From assembly GCA_037445065.1 (NCBI GenBank), contig JBBILD010000021.1:1-59492 (forward strand): 59,492 nucleotides of DNA, given 5' to 3'. The notes beneath the pieces are model-generated. The model was not told where the DNA came from. It was given only the letters and a program-made list of their open reading frames with translations, and searched no databases. This stretch comes from Myxococcales bacterium. Lineage in GTDB: Bacteria; Desulfobacterota; Binatia; HRBIN30. The position numbers and the translations under genes are program-made. Below, piece after piece: positions 19,488-28,925 of the stretch (positions within the stretch are counted from its first letter, which is position 1; each line of letters opens with the position of its first letter).

Positions 19488-20488
19488 CACCAGCGCAGAA
19501 GCACCGCTCCCCAAGTAAAACCGGCGCCAAAACCAGCGAGGCATACTAAGTGACCCGGCTGCACCCGCCCCTGTTCGATCGCCTCGTACAGGGCAAGAGG
19601 AATCGAGGCCGCTGTGGTGTTGCCGTAACGGTCAATGTTGTTCACGACCTTTTCGTCCGGTAGGCCAAACTCCGCCGCCACCATTTGATTGATTCGCAAG
19701 TTCGCCTGGTGGGGTACCAGTAGATCAATGTCTTGCGGAGTCAGTCCGTTCGCATCCAGTGCCTCGCGGATGACCTCTGCCATGCGCGTTACCGCGTGGC
19801 GGAACACGTAGCGTCCTTCCATTTTGGGGAAGATCCGGCCCTCGGGCCCAGTGATCATCTCCTCCGTCAGGCGCGGCCGTAGCCGACTGCCCGGCGCTTC
19901 GATCCACAGCTTTTCGGCGTACCTGCCTTCGGCATGCAAATGGGTGGAAAGGATTCCTCTCTGCGCATCTGGCGACGGACCAACGACCACGGCGCCTGCA
20001 CCATCGCCAAAGATCACGGCGACGTCGCGCCCGCGGGTACTGAGGTCCAGGCCTGTAGAGTGCACCTCGCCCCCGACGACCAACACGTTCCGGTAGGTGC
20101 CTGCTCGCACGAACTGGTCGGCGACTGCCAGACTGTACAAGAAGCCGGTGCACTGATTCCGCACGTCGAACGCCGGGACGCCTGGGATCTCCAGGTATTC
20201 CTGGAGCAAGAAGGCCGAGCCCGGCATGTCTACGTCCGGGCTCAAGGTTGCAAAGATGATGCAGTCAACGTCCTCGCGCCGAATGCCGGCGTTGCGCAAG
20301 GCTTCTTGCGCGGCAATGGCTCCCATGGACGCGGCACCCGTGAAGTTGTCGCTGTACCGCCGCTCCCGAATTCCCGTGCGCTGCTGGATCCAATCATCGC
20401 TGGTGTCCATTAGGCGGGTGAGATCTTGGTTGGTGACCACCCGCTCTGGGACGTAGTGTCCTACGCCTAGAATCTGCGCCCTCGGCAC
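19487..20488 (-). CDS. fabH: 3-oxoacyl-ACP synthase III (KAS III)
   Basis: WIQQRTGI, QCTGF, FGDGAGA, PHQAN, GNTTAAS (Cys-His-Asn triad). GTG start after GGAGGAG. Confidence 0.9.
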   Translation of the reverse strand: MPRAQILGVGHYVPERVVTNQDLTRLMDTSDDWIQQRTGIRERRYSDNFTGAASMGAIAAQEALRNAGIRREDVDCIIFATLSPDVDMPGSAFLLQEYLEIPGVPAFDVRNQCTGFLYSLAVADQFVRAGTYRNVLVVGGEVHSTGLDLSTRGRDVAVIFGDGAGAVVVGPSPDAQRGILSTHLHAEGRYAEKLWIEAPGSRLRPRLTEEMITGPEGRIFPKMEGRYVFRHAVTRMAEVIREALDANGLTPQDIDLLVPHQANLRINQMVAAEFGLPDEKVVNNIDRYGNTTAASIPLALYEAIEQGRVQPGHLVCLAGFGAGFTWGAVLLRW

Positions 20489-20507
20489 GACTTCTCCTCC
20501 CCTTACC

Positions 20508-21434
20508 CTACAGCTCCACCGCTGCTGCTCCCCATGCAAACCCGGCCCCACACGCAGCCAAGATCACCTTGGCTCCTGAGCGCAGCCTACCCGCGGCGAT
20601 GGCTTCGCTCAGCGCTACCGGCAGCGCGGCTGCCGTCAAGTGGCCGTGCTCCTCCGCAGGGTTCAGGGTTTGTTCCGTGGATAGCCCCAGCTTCAGCGCG
20701 CAATCTCGCGCGACTTCCGGGAAAATGTGCCCGAACACGACCGCATTGACCTCAGCCCGGCGCCAGCCCGCCTTGCTGATGGCAGCCTGTACCACCTCCG
20801 GTAGACGCTCGCGCCCAAAGCTTGCCACAGCGCCAAAGTCGAGGCGCGGAAAATGCCGGTCGAGTCCGAAGTCCTCGCGGGTCATGCGCACAGGATGCTG
20901 GCGACTCGCCGGATACTCGCACCAGAATTTGCGGTGATGGCGGCCATCCGAATGCAACAACACGCAGCGTACACCACCTGCCCCAGGGCCGAGTAAGACC
21001 ACGCCAGCCCCGTCGCCGAATAAACGCGCTACTTCCGGGTAACGTTCGTACTCGAGGCCAGAGGAGTGCACTTCAGCCCCGGCTACCAGCACACAGCGGT
21101 ATTGCTCGCTTTGCACAAAGTGATGGCCGATGTTCAAGGCGACCAAAAAGCCCGTGCATTGAGAGCGGACATCGAGCGCCGGGACGGTGTCACGATGGAG
21201 CTCGTTTTGCAGGTAACAAGCCGAGCCCGGGAAGGTTACGTCCGGGGTCATGGTTGCAAACACGATGCAGTCCACATCCTTACTGGTGAGGCCTGCCCGC
21301 TGAAACGCCCGCTCGCTCGCGCGCGCTGCGAGCCAAGACGGGCCCACGGGCTCTGTGGCGATCGGGCGGCGAACGCCTGCTCGCTCTTCGAGCGGCGGCA
21401 GAAAATGACCTGCGGCCACGATTCTCGAACTCAT
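20508..21434 (-). CDS. KAS III-like condensing enzyme, divergent (Cys-His-His)
   Basis: QCTGF, FGDGAG and GAGFAWG are present; GHIF replaces PHQAN and GHLTAA replaces GNTTAA. Confidence 0.8.
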   Translation of the reverse strand: MSSRIVAAGHFLPPLEERAGVRRPIATEPVGPSWLAARASERAFQRAGLTSKDVDCIVFATMTPDVTFPGSACYLQNELHRDTVPALDVRSQCTGFLVALNIGHHFVQSEQYRCVLVAGAEVHSSGLEYERYPEVARLFGDGAGVVLLGPGAGGVRCVLLHSDGRHHRKFWCEYPASRQHPVRMTREDFGLDRHFPRLDFGAVASFGRERLPEVVQAAISKAGWRRAEVNAVVFGHIFPEVARDCALKLGLSTEQTLNPAEEHGHLTAAALPVALSEAIAAGRLRSGAKVILAACGAGFAWGAAAVEL

Positions 21435-21675
21435 GGCGCCCTCGATAGCGTGTCCCCCTCAGGAAGGCGAGTCTGATTCCCTTGCCCTGGCCCCAGCTCG
21501 ACGAGGCGCTCGGTGGTCGTCTTTTCAGGAACGAGAGACCATTTCAGCGAACGGTATAGCCGGTCCGGTCGGATTGCCGTCGCGGCGGCGAACCGGCCCA
21601 CGCCGGAGTCGCGAAACAGGGGAACAAACGGTTCGAGGCGGCTGTGCGCCTCAGCCGCCTCGAACCCCAGCCACG

Positions 21676-22785
21676 CTACGCGCTTGATCCGTCGCCACAG
21701 CCCTGCAGGGCCAGGTTCACGACGAAAATGATCTCGTCAATCGTAACCTCGCCATCACCGTTGCGATCCATCGCAGCGCAATGCGCCAGGGGCTGCTCCC
21801 CGAGGGCGATATTCACTCCGCGGATCAGTTCGTCTATCGTCACTTCCCCATCGTCGTTACAGTCCCCCGCCTCACAGACCACAGGGGGAGAGGTCGGCGT
21901 CTCCGCAGGAGTCGGCTCCGGTGTCGGCGTCTCCTCACCTACCGTCCCCGTCGGGCTCGGCTCCGGTGTCGGCGTCTCCTCACCTACCGTCCCCGTCGGG
22001 CTCGGCTCCGGTGTCGGCGTCTCCTCACCTACCGTCCCCGTCGGAGTCGGCTCCGGTGTCGGCGTCTCCTCACCTACCGTCCCCGTCGGAGTTGGCTCCG
22101 GTGTCGGCGTCTCCTCGGCTGCCGTCCCCGTCGGGCTCGGCTCCGGTGTGGGTGTTGGCGTGGCAGTTGGGGAATCTGTGGGGCTCGCCAAGCTCACCGG
22201 CTCTCCTACGCATTCCCCCGCTCGGCACGCGTCATTTGTCGTGCACTCGTTGCCGTCATCGCAAGGCGTGCCGTCCGGAGCGTTCCCTGTGTACGTGCAC
22301 TCACCCGTTTCCGAATCGCAGCTCCCACCGCTTTTACACGGATCCTCGCACTGCACCGGGAAGGAGCCGCACTCACCGGTGAGGATGTTACAGTTGAATG
22401 TACAACTGTCCGACAGCTCACCACACTGCAGCTCTCCCAAACAGAAACCACCACGACACTGGTCGTTCGCAGTGCATGCCCCCAAAACGTCCTGACAAGC
22501 CGTCCCATCAGGGACCGCCTCACCTCGGCAAGTTCCGGCCACACACTGATCGTTGGCCGTGCACGGGTTCAAGTCGTCGCACGCGGTGCCGTCCGCCAGC
22601 GGTGTGCCCACGCAGTTGCCTTCCGCATCGCACGCGCCTACCTGGCAGGGGTTTCCGGTCGCACACGCGATCGCGCCGGAGTCCACCTGTGCCGGGAGAG
22701 CCGGCGCAACGGCTAAGACGAAAACCGCGGCCAATGCTTGCCACGCTTTCCCCAGCGTCCATTGCCACTCGTTGGCTGAGCGCAT
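21676..22785 (-). CDS. Secreted Cys-rich repeat protein with a Pro/Thr/Glu stalk and a C-terminal dockerin-like domain
   Basis: Signal peptide; CDDxNxCTxNDxCxxGxC repeats; TP repeats; GDCNDDGEVTIDEL...DRNGDGEVTIDEI. Start after AAGGAG. Confidence 0.85.
   Translation of the reverse strand: MRSANEWQWTLGKAWQALAAVFVLAVAPALPAQVDSGAIACATGNPCQVGACDAEGNCVGTPLADGTACDDLNPCTANDQCVAGTCRGEAVPDGTACQDVLGACTANDQCRGGFCLGELQCGELSDSCTFNCNILTGECGSFPVQCEDPCKSGGSCDSETGECTYTGNAPDGTPCDDGNECTTNDACRAGECVGEPVSLASPTDSPTATPTPTPEPSPTGTAAEETPTPEPTPTGTVGEETPTPEPTPTGTVGEETPTPEPSPTGTVGEETPTPEPSPTGTVGEETPTPEPTPAETPTSPPVVCEAGDCNDDGEVTIDELIRGVNIALGEQPLAHCAAMDRNGDGEVTIDEIIFVVNLALQGCGDGSSA
21916..22149. repeat. Coding tandem repeat, 5 x 45 bp (15 aa, EETPTPEP(S/T)PTGTVG)
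   Basis: Unit CTCCGGTGTCGGCGTCTCCTCACCTACCGTCCCCGTCGGGCTCGG at 21916, 21961, 22006, 22051 and 22096, with few substitutions. Confidence 0.95.
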
Positions 22786-23005
22786 CTCCTTCTCCCCCTT
22801 TCCTGGAGTCTCCTGCGATTTCGAAGGCCCACTTGCTACCGGAACCAACGAGCCGGCACAAGACAGTTTCTGCCATTCTAAAAATCCTTTTCGATTGACA
22901 CGCGCCGTGCCGCTGGCGTACAGAGCGCTGCGCTAGATCGGTGGGGCGCCCTCGAGGTCGAACAACCACAAGGGCCAAGACAACAAACAACAGAAGGAGG
23001 AATTC

Positions 23006-23326
23006 ATGACACATTCACGATGGATCTTAGGCTTTGTTGCGGTCGTTCCTTTGCTGGTCGCTGGGTGCCAACCGGTTGCCTCGCATCTCATTGGCACGCT
23101 CTACACCAACGTGAAAGGCCCCATCAATGCGACCGAAGCGAGCGTCGGCACTCGCGAGGGCAAGGCTTGCGCGCAAACCGTGCTTGGCTTGGTGGCCACG
23201 GGCGACGCGAGCATCGAGGCCGCCATGCGGGCTGGAGGCATCAAGCAGGCCAGCTCCGTTAACTACGAGGCAAACCACATTCTGGGAATTATCGGTACTT
23301 TCTGCACCGTGGTGCGGGGTAACTGA
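23006..23326 (+). CDS. TRL-like family lipoprotein
   Basis: AAGGAGG RBS, lipobox VAGC; LYT..KGP, GKAC..VLGLVATGDASIEAA, C-terminal CTVVRG. Confidence 0.85.
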   Translation: MTHSRWILGFVAVVPLLVAGCQPVASHLIGTLYTNVKGPINATEASVGTREGKACAQTVLGLVATGDASIEAAMRAGGIKQASSVNYEANHILGIIGTFCTVVRGN

Positions 23327-23478
23327 TGCGGCTCGAGGGTGGCCCCACCGATCGTGCCTCCCTGAACTCGTATCACACCCACGGCTCGGCCAGCCGTGCC
23401 TATGCGCCGGGGAGATTCGGCCCGTGTTCGTGCCGCCCTCGTTGCTTGCCGCGTGGTTTCCGTTTAGCAAGCTAGGCC

Positions 23479-23748
23479 ATGCGCGTGCGGCAAGGAGAAC
23501 TCGTGTGTTTACCCCGCTTCGCGCCGTATCCACGCTACGGGCGGGTGGTACGGCAAGTGGATGAAGAACACGTCCTGGTCACGCAGGTACAATGCGCCGA
23601 TCCTCGGTGTTCGAGCGAACACCAGCATGCCGACGCAGTCTGGTCGCTCGCCGAGGTCGAGTCGGCGCATGCCTACCAAGGACGGGCACAGTGGGAACAA
23701 GGGCGATTGAACTCGCCGAATCCGGTTTTGTTGAACAACGCTGCCTGA
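23479..23748 (+). CDS. Small hypothetical protein
   Basis: 89-aa ORF fills the gap and ends 10 bp before the glucosidase; beta-rich, with CxxxxCxxxHxH. Confidence 0.5.
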   Translation: MRVRQGELVCLPRFAPYPRYGRVVRQVDEEHVLVTQVQCADPRCSSEHQHADAVWSLAEVESAHAYQGRAQWEQGRLNSPNPVLLNNAA

Positions 23749-23758
23749 GCCGAGTACC

Positions 23759-25378
23759 ATGCCTGCCGAGTGGTGGCGCACTGCCGTCTTTTACGAAATC
23801 TACGTGCGCAGTTTTCAAGACTCGAACGACGACGGCGTGGGCGACTTGCGTGGGATCGTCCAGCGACTGGACCACTTGAACGACGGCACTGAGGGCTCGC
23901 TCGGCATCGACGCCATCTGGCTCACCCCCATTTATCCTTCGCCGATGGCGGACTTCGGCTACGACGTAAGCGACTACTGCGCCGTTGATCCGCTGTTCGG
24001 GACGCTCGCGGATTTCGACCTCCTGGTGCGCGAAGCGCACCGCCGCAACATTCGCGTGATCCTCGACCTGGTGCCCAACCACACTTCCTCAGAGCATCCT
24101 TGGTTTCTCGAGTCGCGTTCCTCGCGGCACAGCGCGAAGCGCGACTGGTATATCTGGCGCGACCCTGCAGCGGATGGCGGCCCCCCGAACAATTGGGTGA
24201 GTTCCTTCGGCGGGCCGGCTTGGACCTTGGACCCCGCTACTGGGCAGTACTACTTGCACTCCTTCCTCCCGGAGCAACCGGACCTCAACTGGCGGAATCC
24301 GCAGGTACGGGAGGCGATGCGGGAGGTGCTGCGCTTTTGGCTGGAGCGGGGGGTAGATGGGTTTCGCATTGACGTCGTCCACAAAATGGTGAAGGACGCC
24401 TCGCTGCGCGACAACCCCAAGCCTCCTCCCGAACAAGAGCACCCTGTCTACCACTTTGGCGGGCAGATTCACGCTTACGACGAGGACCAACCCGAGGCAC
24501 ACGAGATCTTGCGCGATTGGCGCGCTCTGCTCGACTCCTACGGCGCCCGCATGATGGTGGGCGAGGTGTACCTGTTCGATGCAGAGCGCATCGTACGCTA
24601 CTACGGCCGCGGGCACGATGAGCTGCATTTGGCCTTCAATTTCCGCTTCCTGTGGAGTCCGTGGGACGCTTCTGCCTTTCGAGCCGAAGTCGACCGGATC
24701 GAGTCTTTACTCCCTCCTGGTGCGCAACCCACCTGGGTGCTTTCGAGCCACGACGCTCCGCGCCACCGCACCCGCTTCGACCACCCGCAATTCGGAGCGC
24801 AGCGGGCGCGGCTTGCCGCGCTCATGCTTCTCACACTGCGTGGCACGCCGTTTCTGTACTACGGAGAAGAGATCGGAATGCCGGACGCTGTGATTCCACC
24901 GGAGCGGATTTGCGATCCGGTGGGCAAGCGCTTTCCCGGTCTGGGACGCGATCCGGAACGCACACCTATGCAATGGAGCGCCGCTCCCAATGCCGGTTTT
25001 TCGCGCGCGACGCAAACCTGGCTCCCAGTGGGGGATTCCTTCCGCGAGATCAACGTAGAGCAGCAACGCCGCGACCCGCACTCTCTGCTCTCTTTCTACC
25101 GCAGGCTACTCTGGAAAAGGAAACGAAGCCTCGCATTGCGCGAGGGCCGCTACCGCTCCCTCCCCTCGGCGCCGGACGTGTTTGCGTACCTGCGGGAGCA
25201 CCCGGAGGAGCGCCTGCTCGTTTCCTTGAACTTCGCCAGTGAAGCGCGCTCGATCACGGCGCCGACGAATGCCAAAGTCTGGCTCGCCAGTGACGACCAG
25301 GTGCGACCCGCTTCACCGACGACTTGGGAACTCCCGCCTTGCAGCGGTGTCGTACTGTCGCTGGGGCCCGAACGCTGA
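23759..25378 (+). CDS. GH13 alpha-glucosidase / oligo-1,6-glucosidase
   Basis: YEIYVRSFQDS, DFGYDVSDY, DLVPNHTS, QPDLNW, GFRIDV (nucleophile), VGEV, SHD, YYGEEIGM. Confidence 0.95.
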   Translation: MPAEWWRTAVFYEIYVRSFQDSNDDGVGDLRGIVQRLDHLNDGTEGSLGIDAIWLTPIYPSPMADFGYDVSDYCAVDPLFGTLADFDLLVREAHRRNIRVILDLVPNHTSSEHPWFLESRSSRHSAKRDWYIWRDPAADGGPPNNWVSSFGGPAWTLDPATGQYYLHSFLPEQPDLNWRNPQVREAMREVLRFWLERGVDGFRIDVVHKMVKDASLRDNPKPPPEQEHPVYHFGGQIHAYDEDQPEAHEILRDWRALLDSYGARMMVGEVYLFDAERIVRYYGRGHDELHLAFNFRFLWSPWDASAFRAEVDRIESLLPPGAQPTWVLSSHDAPRHRTRFDHPQFGAQRARLAALMLLTLRGTPFLYYGEEIGMPDAVIPPERICDPVGKRFPGLGRDPERTPMQWSAAPNAGFSRATQTWLPVGDSFREINVEQQRRDPHSLLSFYRRLLWKRKRSLALREGRYRSLPSAPDVFAYLREHPEERLLVSLNFASEARSITAPTNAKVWLASDDQVRPASPTTWELPPCSGVVLSLGPER

Positions 25379-25398
25379 GACACAGGCGACTGCTGACC

Positions 25399-26826
25399 AT
25401 GGGTGCGCCCTCCGACTCTACTGCACCCTGGATCGCGCGACTCGAGAAGGTGACCGTAGTCTTTGGTCCGACCAGAGCGCTCTGCGACTTGTCTCTGGAA
25501 TTCGCGCGTGGCGAGATCCACGCTTTGCTCGGCGAAAACGGGGCGGGCAAGTCCACGGCGCTGCGGGTATTGGCGGGCATGGTCCCCCCACACAGTGGCA
25601 CCTGCCAAATGGCCCCCAAAACGCGGGTCGCCTGGGTCCCTCAGGAAATCGAGCTCCCGCAAGACTTGGCGATCTGCGACTGGCTGTTTCTGGGCCGCGA
25701 GCCTACGCACCTTGGGTTTCTGCGACAACGCGATATGCGGATCGCCACCGAGCAGGCGCTCGCCCTCTTTTCCTTGCCGCTCTCTCCCCTCACACCGATT
25801 GCTCACCTCTCTCCCGCAGCGTGTAAAATTGTCCAGTTCCTCCGTGCCCTCCACGATGGTCCCGACCTCTTGTTGCTAGATGAGCCTACCGCCGTGCTGA
25901 GCGAAGCCCACTGCCACGTCCTGTTTTCGATTGTGCGCGAGCTGCGCGCCCGCGGCACGGCCGTGGTCTACGTATCACACCGCATGCCAGAGGTGCTCGC
26001 GATTGCGGACCGCATCAGCGTGCTGCGCGACGGCACGTTGGTGTGGAGCGGGAGGCGCGAGGCAACCGACGAGCCCAGGTTGCTCTCCCTAATGGCGGGA
26101 CCTCTGACGGAAGAGCGACCGGAGCCTGCATCCAGAAGCACCGACATTGCTCTCGAGGTCACGGGCCTGCATTGCGGGCGGGTGGAAAACTTCTCGTTGA
26201 CCGTGCACCGCGGCGAGATCGTGGGCTTGGCCGGACTCACCGGCTCCGGGCGTTCTACAATTCTCGAATGTCTCGCGGGCCGCCTTCCGCGACAAGCGGG
26301 AAGCATCCGCACGCGGGGCTCCGTGGCGCTGGTTCCGGAAGACCGCCGCCGCAAAGGGTTGGCCTTCGATCTCTCGGTGCGTGAAAATGTTTTCCTTCCC
26401 GCGAGTTCGTGGTGGATCGCACCGTCACACGAACGCCGGGAGGCACGGTTTTGGCTCACCCGACTCCAGATCCGCGCTCCCGGCAGCGACGCTCCGGTAC
26501 GTCTTCTTTCCGGGGGCAACCAGCAAAAGCTCCTTTTCGCGCGCGCCCTGCGGAGCCAGCCGGACGTTTTGCTTGCCGACGAGCCCACGGCGGGCGTGGA
26601 CGTCGCCACCAAGGCCGCCATCCACAACATTTTGCAAGAGCGAGCTGGTCAGGGTGCGGCAATTGTAATCAGCTCGAGCGAGGTCAGCGAGCTCCTTCGC
26701 CTCTGCCACCGCATTGTCGCGCTTCGAGCTGGCCACAAAGTGGCCGAAGCCCCCACCGACTCGGTCCATGAGGAGCAGGTCGTGGGTTGGATCACCGGCG
26801 CGCAAGGCGCGGCGCATTCTCGGTGA
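25399..26826 (+). CDS. Sugar ABC transporter ATP-binding protein (CUT2, two NBDs)
   Basis: GENGAGKST, LDEPT, VSHR, PEDRR, LSGGNQQK, DEPTAGVDV. Confidence 0.93.
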   Translation: MGAPSDSTAPWIARLEKVTVVFGPTRALCDLSLEFARGEIHALLGENGAGKSTALRVLAGMVPPHSGTCQMAPKTRVAWVPQEIELPQDLAICDWLFLGREPTHLGFLRQRDMRIATEQALALFSLPLSPLTPIAHLSPAACKIVQFLRALHDGPDLLLLDEPTAVLSEAHCHVLFSIVRELRARGTAVVYVSHRMPEVLAIADRISVLRDGTLVWSGRREATDEPRLLSLMAGPLTEERPEPASRSTDIALEVTGLHCGRVENFSLTVHRGEIVGLAGLTGSGRSTILECLAGRLPRQAGSIRTRGSVALVPEDRRRKGLAFDLSVRENVFLPASSWWIAPSHERREARFWLTRLQIRAPGSDAPVRLLSGGNQQKLLFARALRSQPDVLLADEPTAGVDVATKAAIHNILQERAGQGAAIVISSSEVSELLRLCHRIVALRAGHKVAEAPTDSVHEEQVVGWITGAQGAAHSR

Positions 26827-27806
26827 TGGTCCGGGCAGCGAACGGGCGTTTGAGGCACCTCCCGGCAGGCGCGAGCGCAGCGCTCGTCCTCGCGCTCGAG
26901 ATCGCCTTTTTTACGTGGTACCTCTGGCCACCCTACGGGGGCGCTCACCCGTTCGCCAACCTCTCGAACTTCGCGTTGATCCTCAAGTACTCTTCCATCT
27001 TCGCGATTGGTGCCATTGCTGCGGCCTTCATCATCGGCAGCGGTGGAATTGACCTCGCGCCGGGGGCAGTGATGGCGCTCGCCTCGGTGGTGGTGGGACA
27101 TCTCTTCGTCGAAGAGGGCTGGTCGTTACCCGCAGCGGTTGCCGCTGGCTTGAGCGTCGGTCTCCTCAGCGGCGGGCTCGCCGCGATCCTGATCACACGC
27201 GTTCGGCTACCGCCGTTCATTGCCACGTTGGGGGTGATGGGAGTCGCACGTGGCAGCGCTTTTTTGGTAACGGAAGGGGCGTTTTACGACCTTTCCGCGC
27301 GCTTGCCTGCATCGTTTGCACCGCTCGGAATCCCGCTCGGGGTTTGGCCGGGGATCGTCTTGGTCGTCCTGACAGCTACCTTCCACATCCTGCTCCGCTT
27401 GACCGCCGTCGGCCGCCACGTCCTTGCGGTGGGCTCGAACCCGATCGCTGCCCATTACGCTGGTGTGCGCGTGGCCCGCGTGCTTGCGTTCGTGTACATC
27501 ACGGGCGGGCTGCTGGCCGCACTTGCCGGCGTGATGCTGGCGGTGGTGCAAGGCCAAGGCAAAGCAGATCTCGCCATGGGCTACGAGCTAGACATCATTG
27601 CCGCGGCCGTCGTGGGCGGGGCTTCGCTGAGCGGCGGACGGGCCTCGGTGGCTGGTGCCGTGTTCGGGGCGCTGATCTTTGGGGTGCTGCGCAACGCCCT
27701 CACCCAAATTCCCGGGGGCACCTACGCAGACCGCCTGATTCTCGGACTGGCTGTGGTTGTGGTTGTTGTGTTGGACCGGATTGCACGCGGCAGGAAAGAG
27801 GCATAA
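26826..27806 (+). CDS. Sugar ABC transporter permease (RbsC-like)
   Basis: GGIDL, PPFIATLG, GYELDIIAAAVVGGASLSGG. TGATG coupling to the upstream gene. Confidence 0.93.
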   Translation: MVRAANGRLRHLPAGASAALVLALEIAFFTWYLWPPYGGAHPFANLSNFALILKYSSIFAIGAIAAAFIIGSGGIDLAPGAVMALASVVVGHLFVEEGWSLPAAVAAGLSVGLLSGGLAAILITRVRLPPFIATLGVMGVARGSAFLVTEGAFYDLSARLPASFAPLGIPLGVWPGIVLVVLTATFHILLRLTAVGRHVLAVGSNPIAAHYAGVRVARVLAFVYITGGLLAALAGVMLAVVQGQGKADLAMGYELDIIAAAVVGGASLSGGRASVAGAVFGALIFGVLRNALTQIPGGTYADRLILGLAVVVVVVLDRIARGRKEA

Positions 27807-27809
27807 CGG

Positions 27810-28799
27810 ATGCGCATGTTTGGCCGATGGCTCTGCGCAAGCACGCGTAGCGTGTACCCGTGGCTTGTACTCCTGTCGCTTGCCACGTTCAGTGCGGCTT
27901 GCCGCAAGCCAGAAGCACCGGCTCAGCGGCCGCTCCGCTTCGCCTTTGTTCCAAAAGCGCTGCACATTCCGGTGTTTCGCTACGCCCGCACCGGTGCCGA
28001 ACGTGCCGCACGGGAGATCGGCAATGTGGAAATCCTGTGGCGCGGTCCGGAGACAACCGACGAGTTGCGACAAAAGGAAATCCTCGAGTCCTTTATCGCG
28101 CAACGCGTAGACGGGATTGCCATTTCGTGCCTGAACGGAGACTTGCTGACCGATGCCATCAACCGCGCCGTAGACAGTGGGATTCCCGTGGTGACCTGGG
28201 ATTCGGATGCACCCCGCAGCCGCCGGCAAGTGTTTTACGGGGTGAACGATTTCGAAGCCGGTGAGGCTTTGGGAGAGGGGCTGGCCCGCCTGATCGGAGG
28301 GCGCGGCTCGGTCGCACTCATCACATCGCTTGGCGCGGACAACCTGCAAAAACGCCTCGACGGCGCGAAGGCCGCTCTCGCGCGTTACCCCGAGATTCGC
28401 ATCGCAGAGACTTTCGACATCAAGGACGACGCCGTGCGTGTGGTCGAGGTACTGGCTACCGGGACCCAGCGCTACCCCGATCTGGCCGGTTGGCTGTCCG
28501 TGGGTGGCTGGCCGGTGTTCCTGCGCAATGCCCTCGATCCGGTGGACACCGGTCGCACCAAGGTCGTGGCCTTCGACACCATCCCGCCTGCCCCAGATTT
28601 ACTGCGAGCCGGAAAGGTCCACCTCCTGGTTGGACAGAAGTACTTCGGTTGGGGCGAGCAATCCGTGCGCTTCCTGCATCGCCTCGTGCAAGGCGAGCGA
28701 GTGGAGCCGGCCATGCAGTACTCGGGGATTGACCTGGTGACGCGCGACAACCTGGATGCCTATCTCGAGCAATGGCAGCGCTGGGAACGGGGTGGATGA
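27810..28799 (+). CDS. Sugar ABC transporter substrate-binding lipoprotein
   Basis: Lipobox SAAC, FVPK, VDGIAIS, GIPVVTWDSD (periplasmic binding protein type I). Confidence 0.9.
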   Translation: MRMFGRWLCASTRSVYPWLVLLSLATFSAACRKPEAPAQRPLRFAFVPKALHIPVFRYARTGAERAAREIGNVEILWRGPETTDELRQKEILESFIAQRVDGIAISCLNGDLLTDAINRAVDSGIPVVTWDSDAPRSRRQVFYGVNDFEAGEALGEGLARLIGGRGSVALITSLGADNLQKRLDGAKAALARYPEIRIAETFDIKDDAVRVVEVLATGTQRYPDLAGWLSVGGWPVFLRNALDPVDTGRTKVVAFDTIPPAPDLLRAGKVHLLVGQKYFGWGEQSVRFLHRLVQGERVEPAMQYSGIDLVTRDNLDAYLEQWQRWERGG

Positions 28800-28925
28800 T
28801 CGGGCCACTGCGGGCGCAAGGACCCGTAACGGGCCACGCTCCAGCAGTCACTATGGACTGGCGGCGCGGAGGCACTCGGCAACCGCCGCCCCTGGCAGAA
28901 TCGAGAGAATTGCGAGCGCGACAGC

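Noticed and set aside
21916..22149. Regular 45-bp repeats as a possible CRISPR array
   Set aside because: The units are contiguous with no unique spacers, are in frame, and encode a Pro/Thr linker; no cas genes are present.
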